Shown here piece after piece: positions 1-9,735 of a DNA stretch of 33,133 bases. The stretch's first letter is position 1. Every line of letters starts with the position of its first letter. This stretch comes from an uncultured Candidatus Cloacimonadota bacterium (GTDB lineage Bacteria > Cloacimonadota > Cloacimonadia > JGIOTU-2): assembly GCA_964447485.1 (NCBI GenBank), contig CAYUTH010000001.1, forward strand, positions 1-33,133. Direction: 5' to 3'. Under the pieces are notes generated by a model. That model worked only from the letters and a program-made list of their open reading frames with translations, did no database searches and was not told the origin of the DNA. The translations under genes were made by a program, and so were the position numbers.

Positions 1-235
1 ATATGATCTACAAACAGTTTTGGTATGTATATGAAAAATTTTGGGGGTATGCATGGTTTTGTTTGTTAATTCTTGACAACATAAACCAGGTTTCTTTTTT
101 CATAACCAAAACAAGTTGCATTCGCACATACCCCACGAGGAGAATGGATAAGTAATTTGTTATTTACAGGATTTCTTATATACTATACATCAGTTTAATT
201 AGACAAAATGTATTCAATTCCACGAAAGGATTATC

Positions 236-1057
236 ATGGTAAATAAAATTGGACGTTTAACAGATAGAGAAGAAAAAGAACTTCAACAAGAGACTATTGC
301 TGCGCTTGAGATATATAAGACAAATGAGAAAAAGGGGACGAAGAAAATCGAGGAACTTGCTGCGTGTAAGAATTACTTCGGCAGAGAAATCGTTGGTAAA
401 ACTGCTGCTGATTCAGAAGAGAAGGATAAACTTGCAGATCTGATGAGGGGACTGCTGGATTCTAAAATTTATACAAAACGTGCAACTGCCCTCTTCTTCT
501 TTCTATATTATTATAAAAAACAGCCGGAAGCAATGATCGAGATCGTGAGCGAATATTATGATTCAATCAAATGGGAAGCTGAAAACATAATGGATCTATT
601 TTGGAAAGATTATCCCCAGCTTATGAAGCAGAATATGCTCAAATGGATAGAAAGCACAGATGAAAGAAAGCGTTCATTATCCTTCCACGGTTTGGAAAAT
701 TTATCAATAAAAGACCCTCATTTTGTCATGGAGTTCCTCATAAAGATAATTGATGACGAAAGTCTTGAAGTACAAAAAAAGATCACTCATACGCTTATTC
801 AAATCGCGCGTTCACGTCCTGCAGAAGTGTATCCCTATGTGCAAGAGCTTCTCAAAGACGCTGACGACCGCAGAGTAAAAACTATATGGGTCTCCATGAA
901 AAAGCTTGCAAACAGTCTGAAGAGTTCAAATTCAAAAGAGAAAAACGACGACTTTGTCCTTCTTACAAAAAACACAATTAAAGACTGGCGTTCTGATAAA
1001 AATAAAAAAGTTCACATTATGGGCGATAAGCTTTTTCACATTATAAAAGACATTTAA
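236..1057 (+). CDS. HEAT/ARM-repeat-like helical protein (possibly DNA alkylation repair AlkD-like)
   Basis: 273-aa ORF with AAAGGA RBS. Looks all-helical, with HEAT-like segments such as 'IIDDESLEVQKKITHTLIQIARSRPAEVYPYVQELL'. Function uncertain. Confidence 0.5.
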   Translation: MVNKIGRLTDREEKELQQETIAALEIYKTNEKKGTKKIEELAACKNYFGREIVGKTAADSEEKDKLADLMRGLLDSKIYTKRATALFFFLYYYKKQPEAMIEIVSEYYDSIKWEAENIMDLFWKDYPQLMKQNMLKWIESTDERKRSLSFHGLENLSIKDPHFVMEFLIKIIDDESLEVQKKITHTLIQIARSRPAEVYPYVQELLKDADDRRVKTIWVSMKKLANSLKSSNSKEKNDDFVLLTKNTIKDWRSDKNKKVHIMGDKLFHIIKDI

Positions 1058-1082
1058 AGAATTTTCTGGTCAGGGAACAAAT

Positions 1083-2399
1083 ATGCAACACACCGATATT
1101 ATAATTAAAAATGGGTATATCGTCACCATCAATCCTGCAATGGAAATCATAGAGCATGGTGCAATAGCAATTGATAAAGGGAAAATACGGGCAATCGGGG
1201 CCAGCGAGGAAATAGAGAAGAACTATACTAGCAATAAGGTCATTGATGCGTCATCAAAAATAGTAATGCCCGGCTTTATAAATGGGCACAGCCACATCGC
1301 CATGTCGTTCTTTCGAGGATATGCGGATGATCTTCTGCTTCAATCATGGCTGGAAGACCACATATGGCCTGCCGAAAAACGATTCCTAAAAGCTCAATTT
1401 GTGTATGATTCTTCATTTTATGCCTGTGCAGAGCTCATTAAAAACGGCATCACAATGATAAATGACATGTATTTCTATTCCAAAGAAACAGCCCGTGCTG
1501 CAACAAAAGCAGGTATGCGTGCAGTTCTTGGAGAAGGCATTCTCGATTTTCCGATGGCATTTCATAAAACTCCCGAGAGTATGATCAATTATGCCCTGGA
1601 AGGTCATGAAGAATTCAAAGATAATGAGTTGATTGATTTTGCAATGATGCCTCATTCTATCTATACCTGTTCAAAAGAAAATCTTATCACCGCTGCCGAA
1701 AAAGCTCGTGCTCATAATATGCTTATTCATACACATCTTTCAGAGGTAAAGAAAGAGGTCGATGATTGTGTGAAGGAATACGGAGTCCGCCCTGTGCAGT
1801 ATTTGGACTCTATCGGTTTTCTTGGAAATGATGTATCGCTTGCCCATGGGGTATGGATTGACGGGCAAGAGCAGAGACTGCTTGCAAAAAAGGGTGTGGG
1901 TGTAAACATCTGCACGGAATGCAATCTGAAACTCTCGTCCGGATTTGCGCCAATCAAGGGTTATAAAGAGAATGGTGTTACGATATCTTTGGCAACTGAC
2001 GGTGTGGCAAGCAACAATAATCTCAGCATTCTTGATGAGATGGATATGACCGCAAAAGTACACAAGGCAATCAATAACGACCCCACATTCCTGCCTGCTG
2101 AAGAGGTTGTGCGCATGGTCACAATAGAACCGGCAAAGATATTCAATAAAGAGAATGAGATCGGGTCACTCGAAGTGGGGAAGAAGGCGGACATCATTCT
2201 TCTTGAGCGAAACAAACTTGAGAATATGCCGATGTATAATGTCTATTCCCATCTTGTGTACACAATGCACAGCGAGTCTGTAAAAGATGTAATCGTGAAC
2301 GGCAAAGTGCTCATGCAGGACAGGAAATTTACAGAAATAGATGAAAATGAGCTCTTTAATAAAGCACGATATTATCAGAAAGAGCTGCAGAAAAACTAA
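1083..2399 (+). CDS. mtaD: Metal-dependent amidohydrolase, 5'-methylthioadenosine/S-adenosylhomocysteine deaminase family
   Basis: Motifs MPGFINGHSH (HxH), RGYADDL, WLEDHIWPAE, PHSIYT, HTHLSE, LAHGV, CNLKLSSG, LATDGVASNNNL, GSLEVGKKADI. Confidence 0.8.
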   Translation: MQHTDIIIKNGYIVTINPAMEIIEHGAIAIDKGKIRAIGASEEIEKNYTSNKVIDASSKIVMPGFINGHSHIAMSFFRGYADDLLLQSWLEDHIWPAEKRFLKAQFVYDSSFYACAELIKNGITMINDMYFYSKETARAATKAGMRAVLGEGILDFPMAFHKTPESMINYALEGHEEFKDNELIDFAMMPHSIYTCSKENLITAAEKARAHNMLIHTHLSEVKKEVDDCVKEYGVRPVQYLDSIGFLGNDVSLAHGVWIDGQEQRLLAKKGVGVNICTECNLKLSSGFAPIKGYKENGVTISLATDGVASNNNLSILDEMDMTAKVHKAINNDPTFLPAEEVVRMVTIEPAKIFNKENEIGSLEVGKKADIILLERNKLENMPMYNVYSHLVYTMHSESVKDVIVNGKVLMQDRKFTEIDENELFNKARYYQKELQKN

Positions 2400-2464
2400 A
2401 GCAAAATAAAGAGAATATCGAAGATCATTCATATATGAAGTAATTCCATCCATAAAACCTTTAC

Positions 2465-2493
2465 AGCTGGACTTAAAAATCCGGCTTTTTTTT
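2465..2493 (+). terminator. Probable intrinsic terminator
   Basis: AGCTGGA-cttaaaaa-TCCGGCT stem (one G:U pair) followed by a T run, about 65 nt after the deaminase stop. Confidence 0.6.
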
Positions 2494-2669
2494 CACGCAG
2501 AGATCACAAAGAATTCGCAGAGTACGCAGAGAAAATATTAAGAAAAATATTCATTTTATTTACTGGATCAGTTTTTATTAGTGTTAATCTGTGTTGCATT
2601 TCCATTTTCTTGATTTTTTTTCGTGTTTTTCGTGCGTTTCGTGGTTAAATTTCCAATTTCCATTTTCCG
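2494..2669. repeat. Mosaic of short micro-tandem repeats (9-, 10-, 9- and 7-nt periods)
   Basis: cacgcagag/atcacaaag/ttcgcagag/tacgcagag (2494-2531); atcagttttt/attagtgtta/atctgtgttg (2567-2596); tttcgtgtt/tttcgtgcg/tttcgtggt (2619-2645); atttcca/atttcca/ttttccg (2649-2669). Confidence 0.8.
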
Positions 2670-2675
2670 TTAATT

Positions 2676-2703
2676 TTGACAAAAAATATCACCTACCTAC
2701 ATT
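2676..2703 (+). promoter_or_regulatory. Putative sigma70-type promoter of the C25 peptidase gene
   Basis: TTGACA (2676-2681), 16-nt spacer, TACATT (2698-2703); AGGAG RBS before ATG 2744. Confidence 0.5.
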
Positions 2704-2743
2704 TTAATAGAAATATATTAAGTATAATTTATTAGGAGCATAA

Positions 2744-5700
2744 ATGAAAAAATACCTTTTTGTATTCCTTAGTGCATTACTTCTGACTTTCAGTCTTGCA
2801 CATGCATCAACCCTTGAAGTTGACTTCACTTTTGACCGACCTTCGATTACTGAAAATCGAATAATTACTGACTTTGTCACCACGCAGCAAATCCCGGGTG
2901 AACCTCTTATTCCTTTTTACGGCGCAAAGATACTTCTTCCTTTTGGCGAGAAGATAGTTAATATCCAAACCTCTCATTCAAGCTGGGAACTTGTTGATTC
3001 TGATATGTATATTGATTTTGCCAGAAACCAGCAACCCACAAGCGTACAAGAGATCATTCCCACGCAAAAAAATGAAGCGCTGTACCAATCCGATTCTCCT
3101 TATCCGGCAGTAGAATACAAGCTGATCAGCACAGAGATGTACACAGGTCATTCCATAGCGTTGATCAATGTGTTTCCAATCAGATATATTCCGGGAACAG
3201 GCACTGTTGAGTATGCTTCAGGCTGGTCATTGGAAGTAGAAACTTCGTATGACGCTGAAATTGCGGACTATCAATCCAGAATGCTGCAGAATTCAGATAC
3301 AGTCCTTTCAGAGCTCGATAATATGGTGGATAATTCCTATGAAAAACACTCATACATCGGTAAAGAAGCCAAAGTATTCTATCGTGACAATATCGTAGAT
3401 CCAACCGATCCTCATGATTATATCATTATTACTTCTGAGGATTTCCTTCCCACTTTCACAGATTTTAAAAATTGGAAAATAAACCGTGGCGTACAGGCAG
3501 AGGTTTATACCGTTGAAGATATACTGGACAATTATGCCGGCGCAAATGAAGCAGAGAAAATACGAAATTTTCTTATCATTGCATATTCTTTTTGGAGCGG
3601 CTCAAGCAATCCTCTAGAGTACGTACTCCTTGGTGGAGATGACGAAATCATTCCGAGTGTGAGTTTTTATGTGGCAGCCGGTGGCACAATTGGTTACATT
3701 CCTTCCGATCTTTATTATGGCGGGTTGGATGGGAATTGGAATGGAGATGGTGACAGCAGATATGGTGAAATGGAAGATAATCCTGATTTCTATCCCGAAC
3801 TCGCAGTTGGAAGAATCCCCGGAGATGTTCAGCAGGATTTTGTGAATGCAATCAATAAAATTGAAAGTTATACTGATATACCAAAACCCGCACTTGAGAA
3901 AGCATGCATGGTAGGGGAAAATCTGAATACGAATCCCATGACCTGGGGAGGTGATTATAAAGACGATGTCGCAACCCGAATTCCGGTTGATAATTATCAT
4001 TTTTATACATTATATCAGCGCGAAGGAACCTATTCCGGAACTACGGTGAAAAATGCCATCAATTCGGGAATGGGGATCATAAACCACATGGGGCATGCGA
4101 ACTATAGCATTCTTATGGGGATGAGCCCGAACACTCCGGACACATTTATTAATGATGAATATGGCTTCATTTATACGCAGGGCTGCTATCCTGCTGCCTT
4201 TGATGATGGCACAAGCGGGTCCGCAGAATGTGTGGGTGAGCGCCTTGTCATCGCTGAGCACGGTCCAATGGCTTTTGTAGGAAATACCCGTTACGGCTGG
4301 TATTCTCCGGGCTCAATCGAGGGTACTTCAGAGCAGTTTGACCGAACCTTTTTTGATGCACTGTTCGTCGAGAACATCAGAGAACTTGGCAAAGCCAATA
4401 ACTACTCAAAAGTAGCACTCGTTTCGACAGTTGACAATCCATGGATGCGCTGGTGTTACTACGAACTGATCTTGTTTGGAGATCCCGGAACTGCAGTCAT
4501 TATGACTGACGGAGAATTTCCATATTTAGAAGTCGCTGATATAGAATTTTTTGATACTTCCGGAGATAATGACGGCATTATCAATCCCGGCGAACAGATC
4601 GAGATGGTCGTCGAACTTCAAAATATGCCTGACTGGCAGACTGCTGAGAACATAGAAGTCGAGTTCATTTGCGACAGCAGCTTTATTATGCTTCAGAATA
4701 CTACATGCAATTACGGATCCCTCACAGCAGGTAACAGTATAGATAATACCTCGAATCCTTTTGTCTTTACTGTCAGCAACAGTTGCGCATACGAAGACAT
4801 TCATTTCCAGCTTCATATCACCTCGAACCAAACTGCAACCTATCCTTTTGATAAGATGTATTATGACACATTCCAGATTTCTCTTATTCAGACGAACTGG
4901 CCCACATATCTCGGTGCAGAAGTGAAATCTTCACCAATTGTTATTGATTTTGATAATGACGGCGAGGATGAGATCGTCACAGTTGATCGAATGGGTAATG
5001 TGTATGCGATCACTACAGACGCACAGACAAAACCAGGTTTTCCTATCCAGCTTAATGACGAGATTTGGGCATCTCTCGCAGCAGGCGATATCGATAATGA
5101 TGATGAACTTGAACTGGTTATAGCCGGAAGAAACGGTACGATCTATGCCCTCAATCATGACGGATCACAGGTCTTCTCCTATACTGCAGGCGGACAGATC
5201 ATCACTACTCCTGCGCTTGCAGATCTTGATGATAATGGTTTCCTTGAAACGATAGTTTCCTGCATTGACGGAAAACTCTATGTCATTGATCATGAAGGAA
5301 ATGATTTCATGAATTTCCCCTACGAATTTGATGCACCGCTGTGCTCTGATGTAGCAGTTGGGGACATAAACGAGGATGGTGTCATGGACATGATCGTCGG
5401 CTTAACGAATGGGAAAGTATATGCGATAGACAGCAATGCAGAAGTACTCACTGGATTCCCTGTGCAGACAGAATCCCACATTTGGTCTTCACCAGTTATT
5501 TTTGATACGAATTATATCACCTTTGGAAACAGCAGCAACAAGCTGTATATCATTGATTACACTGGCACAGTTATCCATCAGGAAAGCCTTTCCGCAAGTT
5601 TGTTCTCCTCTCCAATTGCATTCGCACAATATCCGGGCGGTGCATTCAACATCAGCTATTCGTCTATGAATGGAGAAGTCAGGATGCTGGATGCAACCGG

Positions 5701-6364
5701 ATCAACACTTGATGGATGGCCTGTGAGCATGAACAACACGTCCAAGACAAGCCCTATTGCCGCTGATATAAATAATGACGGCAGTGTAGAAATACTTGCA
5801 TCAACCCAGGACGGTCATATCTATAGTTATGCGTATGATGGGACGCTGCTTCCGGAATTTCCAATTTGCAATCCGACCTCAGTTACTTCACCAATTGCCC
5901 TCTACGATCTTGATGCCGATGGCGACTACGAGATCATTGCAGGTTCCACTTCCGGTATTTCGGTTTGGGATTACAAGGAGCTTCACGGCTCATTCCATCC
6001 ATGGACAGTTTATCGGGGCAACATCCAGAGAACCGGCAACTATGCTGATAATCTAACTTACGCAGTTGAGCCGGAAATGCCCTCCAATGACTTTGCGCTC
6101 CATCAGAATTTCCCAAATCCCTTTAAAAATTCTACCCTGATTTCCTACAGTCCCGGAGCATTCCATTTTGAGCATGCAACGCTCGCGGTTTTCAATATCA
6201 AAGGACAGAAAGTCCGTGAAATTCCATTTGCAAACGGCTCTTTTTCCGTGCAATGGGATGGAAAAGACAACAGCGGCAGAACGCTGGCAAACGGCGTTTA
6301 TCTCTACAAATTATTGACAGAGAATTACGAGTCCGGAGTAAAAAGACTCCTCATAATAAAATAA
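2744..6364 (+). CDS. Secreted C25 (gingipain-family) cysteine peptidase with propeptide, FG-GAP repeats and FlgD-Ig/T9SS-like C-terminal domain
   Basis: Signal peptide. C25 motifs YIIIT, YVLLGGD, SDLYY, ELAVGRIP, catalytic NHMGH and QGC, LFGDP. Repeated DxDxDGxxE/D motifs. C-terminal QNFPNPF...VFNIKGQKVR...WDGKDNSG...NGVYLYKL. Confidence 0.85.
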   Translation: MKKYLFVFLSALLLTFSLAHASTLEVDFTFDRPSITENRIITDFVTTQQIPGEPLIPFYGAKILLPFGEKIVNIQTSHSSWELVDSDMYIDFARNQQPTSVQEIIPTQKNEALYQSDSPYPAVEYKLISTEMYTGHSIALINVFPIRYIPGTGTVEYASGWSLEVETSYDAEIADYQSRMLQNSDTVLSELDNMVDNSYEKHSYIGKEAKVFYRDNIVDPTDPHDYIIITSEDFLPTFTDFKNWKINRGVQAEVYTVEDILDNYAGANEAEKIRNFLIIAYSFWSGSSNPLEYVLLGGDDEIIPSVSFYVAAGGTIGYIPSDLYYGGLDGNWNGDGDSRYGEMEDNPDFYPELAVGRIPGDVQQDFVNAINKIESYTDIPKPALEKACMVGENLNTNPMTWGGDYKDDVATRIPVDNYHFYTLYQREGTYSGTTVKNAINSGMGIINHMGHANYSILMGMSPNTPDTFINDEYGFIYTQGCYPAAFDDGTSGSAECVGERLVIAEHGPMAFVGNTRYGWYSPGSIEGTSEQFDRTFFDALFVENIRELGKANNYSKVALVSTVDNPWMRWCYYELILFGDPGTAVIMTDGEFPYLEVADIEFFDTSGDNDGIINPGEQIEMVVELQNMPDWQTAENIEVEFICDSSFIMLQNTTCNYGSLTAGNSIDNTSNPFVFTVSNSCAYEDIHFQLHITSNQTATYPFDKMYYDTFQISLIQTNWPTYLGAEVKSSPIVIDFDNDGEDEIVTVDRMGNVYAITTDAQTKPGFPIQLNDEIWASLAAGDIDNDDELELVIAGRNGTIYALNHDGSQVFSYTAGGQIITTPALADLDDNGFLETIVSCIDGKLYVIDHEGNDFMNFPYEFDAPLCSDVAVGDINEDGVMDMIVGLTNGKVYAIDSNAEVLTGFPVQTESHIWSSPVIFDTNYITFGNSSNKLYIIDYTGTVIHQESLSASLFSSPIAFAQYPGGAFNISYSSMNGEVRMLDATGSTLDGWPVSMNNTSKTSPIAADINNDGSVEILASTQDGHIYSYAYDGTLLPEFPICNPTSVTSPIALYDLDADGDYEIIAGSTSGISVWDYKELHGSFHPWTVYRGNIQRTGNYADNLTYAVEPEMPSNDFALHQNFPNPFKNSTLISYSPGAFHFEHATLAVFNIKGQKVREIPFANGSFSVQWDGKDNSGRTLANGVYLYKLLTENYESGVKRLLIIK

Positions 6365-6382
6365 TATAAATAAATTTTAGGT

Positions 6383-6458
<76 letters not shown>

Positions 6459-6503
6459 TTTTTTTAGCTTTTCACATTATAATAGCACAAATTCAAAAAT
6501 ATC

Positions 6504-6531
6504 TTGATAATCTTTTTACCAAAATTATATT
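6504..6531 (+). promoter_or_regulatory. Possible promoter of the methyltransferase operon
   Basis: TTGATA-16 nt-TATATT. The region is very AT-rich, so a chance match is possible. Confidence 0.3.
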
Positions 6532-6642
6532 TTACACTATATAATTTATTAAGATAATATAAATATTGAGTATTGAAATCAATACAACCATGCAAATGGA
6601 CATAAGTAGGTATAGAATTTAAAGCGCGGTGAGGTTAATAAG

Positions 6643-9600
6643 ATGAAACAACTGAATTTTATTGAATACCTCGATTTTGAAAGAGCAATAAACATTCATG
6701 ATATTCCAGATTCAATAACGAATTTACAAAAAGATACAGTCTGTTTTGTAAAGGATAAGGAATTTGGAATTGATGGGATATTATTCTGCGATGACTTTCC
6801 GGCAGTATTTACAAAACAAGTAATCAGCTTTGATAATAATATTACACTGAAAGAAATAGCTAAAATTCATCAAAAAATATGGAATTTTAAAAAAGTGCTA
6901 TTTCTTTACGTATATAATGAAGTTGAAATCAGAATCTACAACTGCGCAGAAAAACCATTTACAGTAACAACCGAAACAGATTACCAAAACGAATTAGACA
7001 AACTTAAATTATATTCTGCCAAATCAGGTGATAAACAAAAGCTCGAAACTATTAAAAGATTATTTTCTTCCATTGCGATAGATACAGGAATCATATGGAC
7101 ACTGGAAGAAGCAAATGAGTTAAGAAAAAAAATACATTTTCAGCATAGGGTAAACGAATACCTTGTGGAAAGTCTTATTAATCTAACTTGTAAATTACAA
7201 GATGACGGATTAGATATTGAACTCATTCATAAAAATATATTACGTTCTTTATTCCTTCTTTATCTCGAGGATCGTGGTGCGACTGATAAAGCATTTTATA
7301 ATAAAATATTGGAAGGGGCGAGAAGTTACTTCGATATTTTAGATGATGTTGAAGCAACATATGCATTATTCAGGAAACTGAAAACGAATTTCAATGGAAA
7401 TGTATTTACTTTTGATGATGATGAAGTTAAATTTGATCATACAGCACTAACAAAAATTAAAAAGTGTTTTATTGCAGGTTACGAAAGTACGGACCAACTT
7501 GAATTTTTTGAAGACTGGCGATTATTCAATTTTGGAATTATTCCAATAGAGTTACTTAGTGAAATTTACGAGAATTTTTTACTAAAAATTGATCCTCAGA
7601 AGAAAAAAATATCCGGCACATTTTTTACCCCACCGTCGTTGGTTGAACTAATGCTGAACGAAAGGTTACCAATAGAAAATCAAGAAACCGACTATAATAT
7701 AAAAATCCTTGATCCAGCGTGTGGGTCTGGTATTTTTCTGGTTGAAGGTTATAGAAGATTAATAAAAAGGTACGAATATAAGCACAATGAAAAATTAACT
7801 GAATATGATAAACTTCAAAAGCTTTTATTAAATAATATTTATGGAATTGAATATGACCCTCTCTCCATAAAAGTAGCAGCTTTTAGTCTATACTTAGCAT
7901 TACTAGAAAATGTAGAGCCAAAGACATTATGGCAGGATCGAAAGTTACCTTATCTTATTAATAATCCAGAAGATAAGTCTATAGAAAAGCAAGGTAAAAA
8001 TCTTTATAAAAGAGACACAATTGCTGAAAACGAAGAAATAGAATCTATCGCCTTCGATCTGGTAATCGGTAATCCTCCTTTCGGAACAAAAAATCCTTTA
8101 GAAACCATACGTAAATATTGCAAGAGTGAAGGTTTTGCATTAGAAAGCGCTTTACCTTTTTTACATAAATCGGTTAAGTTTTCTCCTAAAGGTAAAATAG
8201 CTTTAATATTTAATACAAAAACTCTCACGAATACTAAAAGTACCTATGAAGCTTTTAGGAAGTGGCTGTTCAACGAATGTTATGTGGAAAAAATTTATAA
8301 CTTTTCCATTCTAAGAAAAGCACCAAAAGATTTTGGCGGTCAATTATTCAGGTCAACAACAGCTCCCATCAGTATTATATTTTATCAAAAAGAAAAACCG
8401 ATCAATTTCAATGACAGAATTATCTATTATGCTCCTAAGACTTTTATTAAAGGGCACGTGCTTGAAGGAATTGTAATTGAAAAATCCGACGTAAAGTATC
8501 TTCCAAGAGAAGAATGCCAAAAGCCCGATACGAAGATTTGGAAGATTACTATGTGGGGTGGGATGAGAGACTTAGTATTTTTAAAGAAGTTAAATAAATA
8601 TGACACTCTTGGTAAGTATTTAATTAGAAAAAAAATGCATGTGGGATTGGGATTACAATTTTTAGATAAATCAACAAAAAAACCAATTAAATGTAATGAT
8701 TTTCCGAATACATATATTTCTCCTCAAAATATAAATAGATATGTTTCTTACAATTTTTCTAGTTTAAACAGTGGTTTAACAGAAAAATCGAAAGAAATAT
8801 ATGCTAAATACTATCGTACTACAATAAATGAACTACCACCTATTGATTTATTTAGAAGAGTCGGTATTGAACCAATAGTATTTAGGGCACCCCATATTCT
8901 GATTAAAGAAGGTCTTTCAAATTGGAAAATATGTTCATCATTTATTGATGTTGATTGTACGTTTAATAGCAAAATTCTTGGGATTAGTTATAGGGACAAA
9001 AAAATATTAAAAGGTTTAACTTGCTTTCTAAATTCAAAAATTGTACGCTATTATTTATTTCTTTGTTCTGCTTCTATTGGTATAGAGAGAGAAGAAATAA
9101 AACCTAACGAGATTTATCGACTTCCTTTTATTTTAACGGAAAAGAATTTATATGAGCTAGCTCAACTATATGATAAATGGATAAATCATAAGATGTTTTT
9201 TAAATCTAATATAGAAGAATTAGAAGAAAACGTTGATAATTATATTTTTTCGATTTATAATACTACAAATGAGGAACTACAAATCATAGAAGATTTTATA
9301 GTCTATTCTATTCCATTATTAATAAAAAAAAATAATTATGTAGTTAGCTCATCTTCGAATAGTTTATTGCGAGATTATTCAAATAGAATTTGCCAAAAAT
9401 TAAATGATTATTTACAAGAACAAAATTTATTTGCTAATGCAACGATATACACGATAAATAAATCGTCTCCATTAATGATGATGAAACTTTCTTTTAGTAA
9501 TGAACAAAAAGAATTAATTCAGTCTGAAGTTGATGTAAGTAAAGAATTGAAGAAATTAGACGAATATTTGTGGGAAAATAGAGCAACAAATATTTATTTT

Positions 9601-9732
9601 AGAAAAAGGATGAATTATAAAGATGGAGACGATGTTTATATTATCCGACCTAATCAACGGAGGTTTTGGACACCGACTATGGCAATTGAGGAAACCTCTG
9701 AATTGATTCTTGAGATTTTAAATGAGGTTTAG
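6643..9732 (+). CDS. Large N6-adenine DNA methyltransferase (gamma class; Type IIG/Eco57I/TaqI-like MTase with target-recognition domain)
   Basis: GAGGT RBS. Motif X FFTPP, motif I ILDPACGSGIFL, IYGIEYD, motif IV FDLVIGNPPF. TaqI_C-like 'LTCFLNSKIVRYYL...EIYRLPF'. Low GC relative to flanking genes. Confidence 0.9.
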   Translation: MKQLNFIEYLDFERAINIHDIPDSITNLQKDTVCFVKDKEFGIDGILFCDDFPAVFTKQVISFDNNITLKEIAKIHQKIWNFKKVLFLYVYNEVEIRIYNCAEKPFTVTTETDYQNELDKLKLYSAKSGDKQKLETIKRLFSSIAIDTGIIWTLEEANELRKKIHFQHRVNEYLVESLINLTCKLQDDGLDIELIHKNILRSLFLLYLEDRGATDKAFYNKILEGARSYFDILDDVEATYALFRKLKTNFNGNVFTFDDDEVKFDHTALTKIKKCFIAGYESTDQLEFFEDWRLFNFGIIPIELLSEIYENFLLKIDPQKKKISGTFFTPPSLVELMLNERLPIENQETDYNIKILDPACGSGIFLVEGYRRLIKRYEYKHNEKLTEYDKLQKLLLNNIYGIEYDPLSIKVAAFSLYLALLENVEPKTLWQDRKLPYLINNPEDKSIEKQGKNLYKRDTIAENEEIESIAFDLVIGNPPFGTKNPLETIRKYCKSEGFALESALPFLHKSVKFSPKGKIALIFNTKTLTNTKSTYEAFRKWLFNECYVEKIYNFSILRKAPKDFGGQLFRSTTAPISIIFYQKEKPINFNDRIIYYAPKTFIKGHVLEGIVIEKSDVKYLPREECQKPDTKIWKITMWGGMRDLVFLKKLNKYDTLGKYLIRKKMHVGLGLQFLDKSTKKPIKCNDFPNTYISPQNINRYVSYNFSSLNSGLTEKSKEIYAKYYRTTINELPPIDLFRRVGIEPIVFRAPHILIKEGLSNWKICSSFIDVDCTFNSKILGISYRDKKILKGLTCFLNSKIVRYYLFLCSASIGIEREEIKPNEIYRLPFILTEKNLYELAQLYDKWINHKMFFKSNIEELEENVDNYIFSIYNTTNEELQIIEDFIVYSIPLLIKKNNYVVSSSSNSLLRDYSNRICQKLNDYLQEQNLFANATIYTINKSSPLMMMKLSFSNEQKELIQSEVDVSKELKKLDEYLWENRATNIYFRKRMNYKDGDDVYIIRPNQRRFWTPTMAIEETSELILEILNEV

Positions 9733-9735
9733 GGT

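Noticed and set aside
1-54. Possible minus-strand gene start (MHTPKIFHIHTKTVCRSY...) running off the window
   Set aside because: Only 18 codons, with no RBS or recognisable motif.
118-160. Possible SAH/SAM riboswitch or leader peptide (GAGGAG-a-ATG GAT AAG TAA) upstream of the deaminase operon
   Set aside because: Only GAGGAG resembles the SAH motif, the rest of the consensus is absent, and RBS-ATG spacing is 1 nt.
2494-2669. CRISPR array interpretation of the short repeats (also 17509-17744)
   Set aside because: Units are 7-10 nt, adjacent and without spacers, and there are no cas genes.
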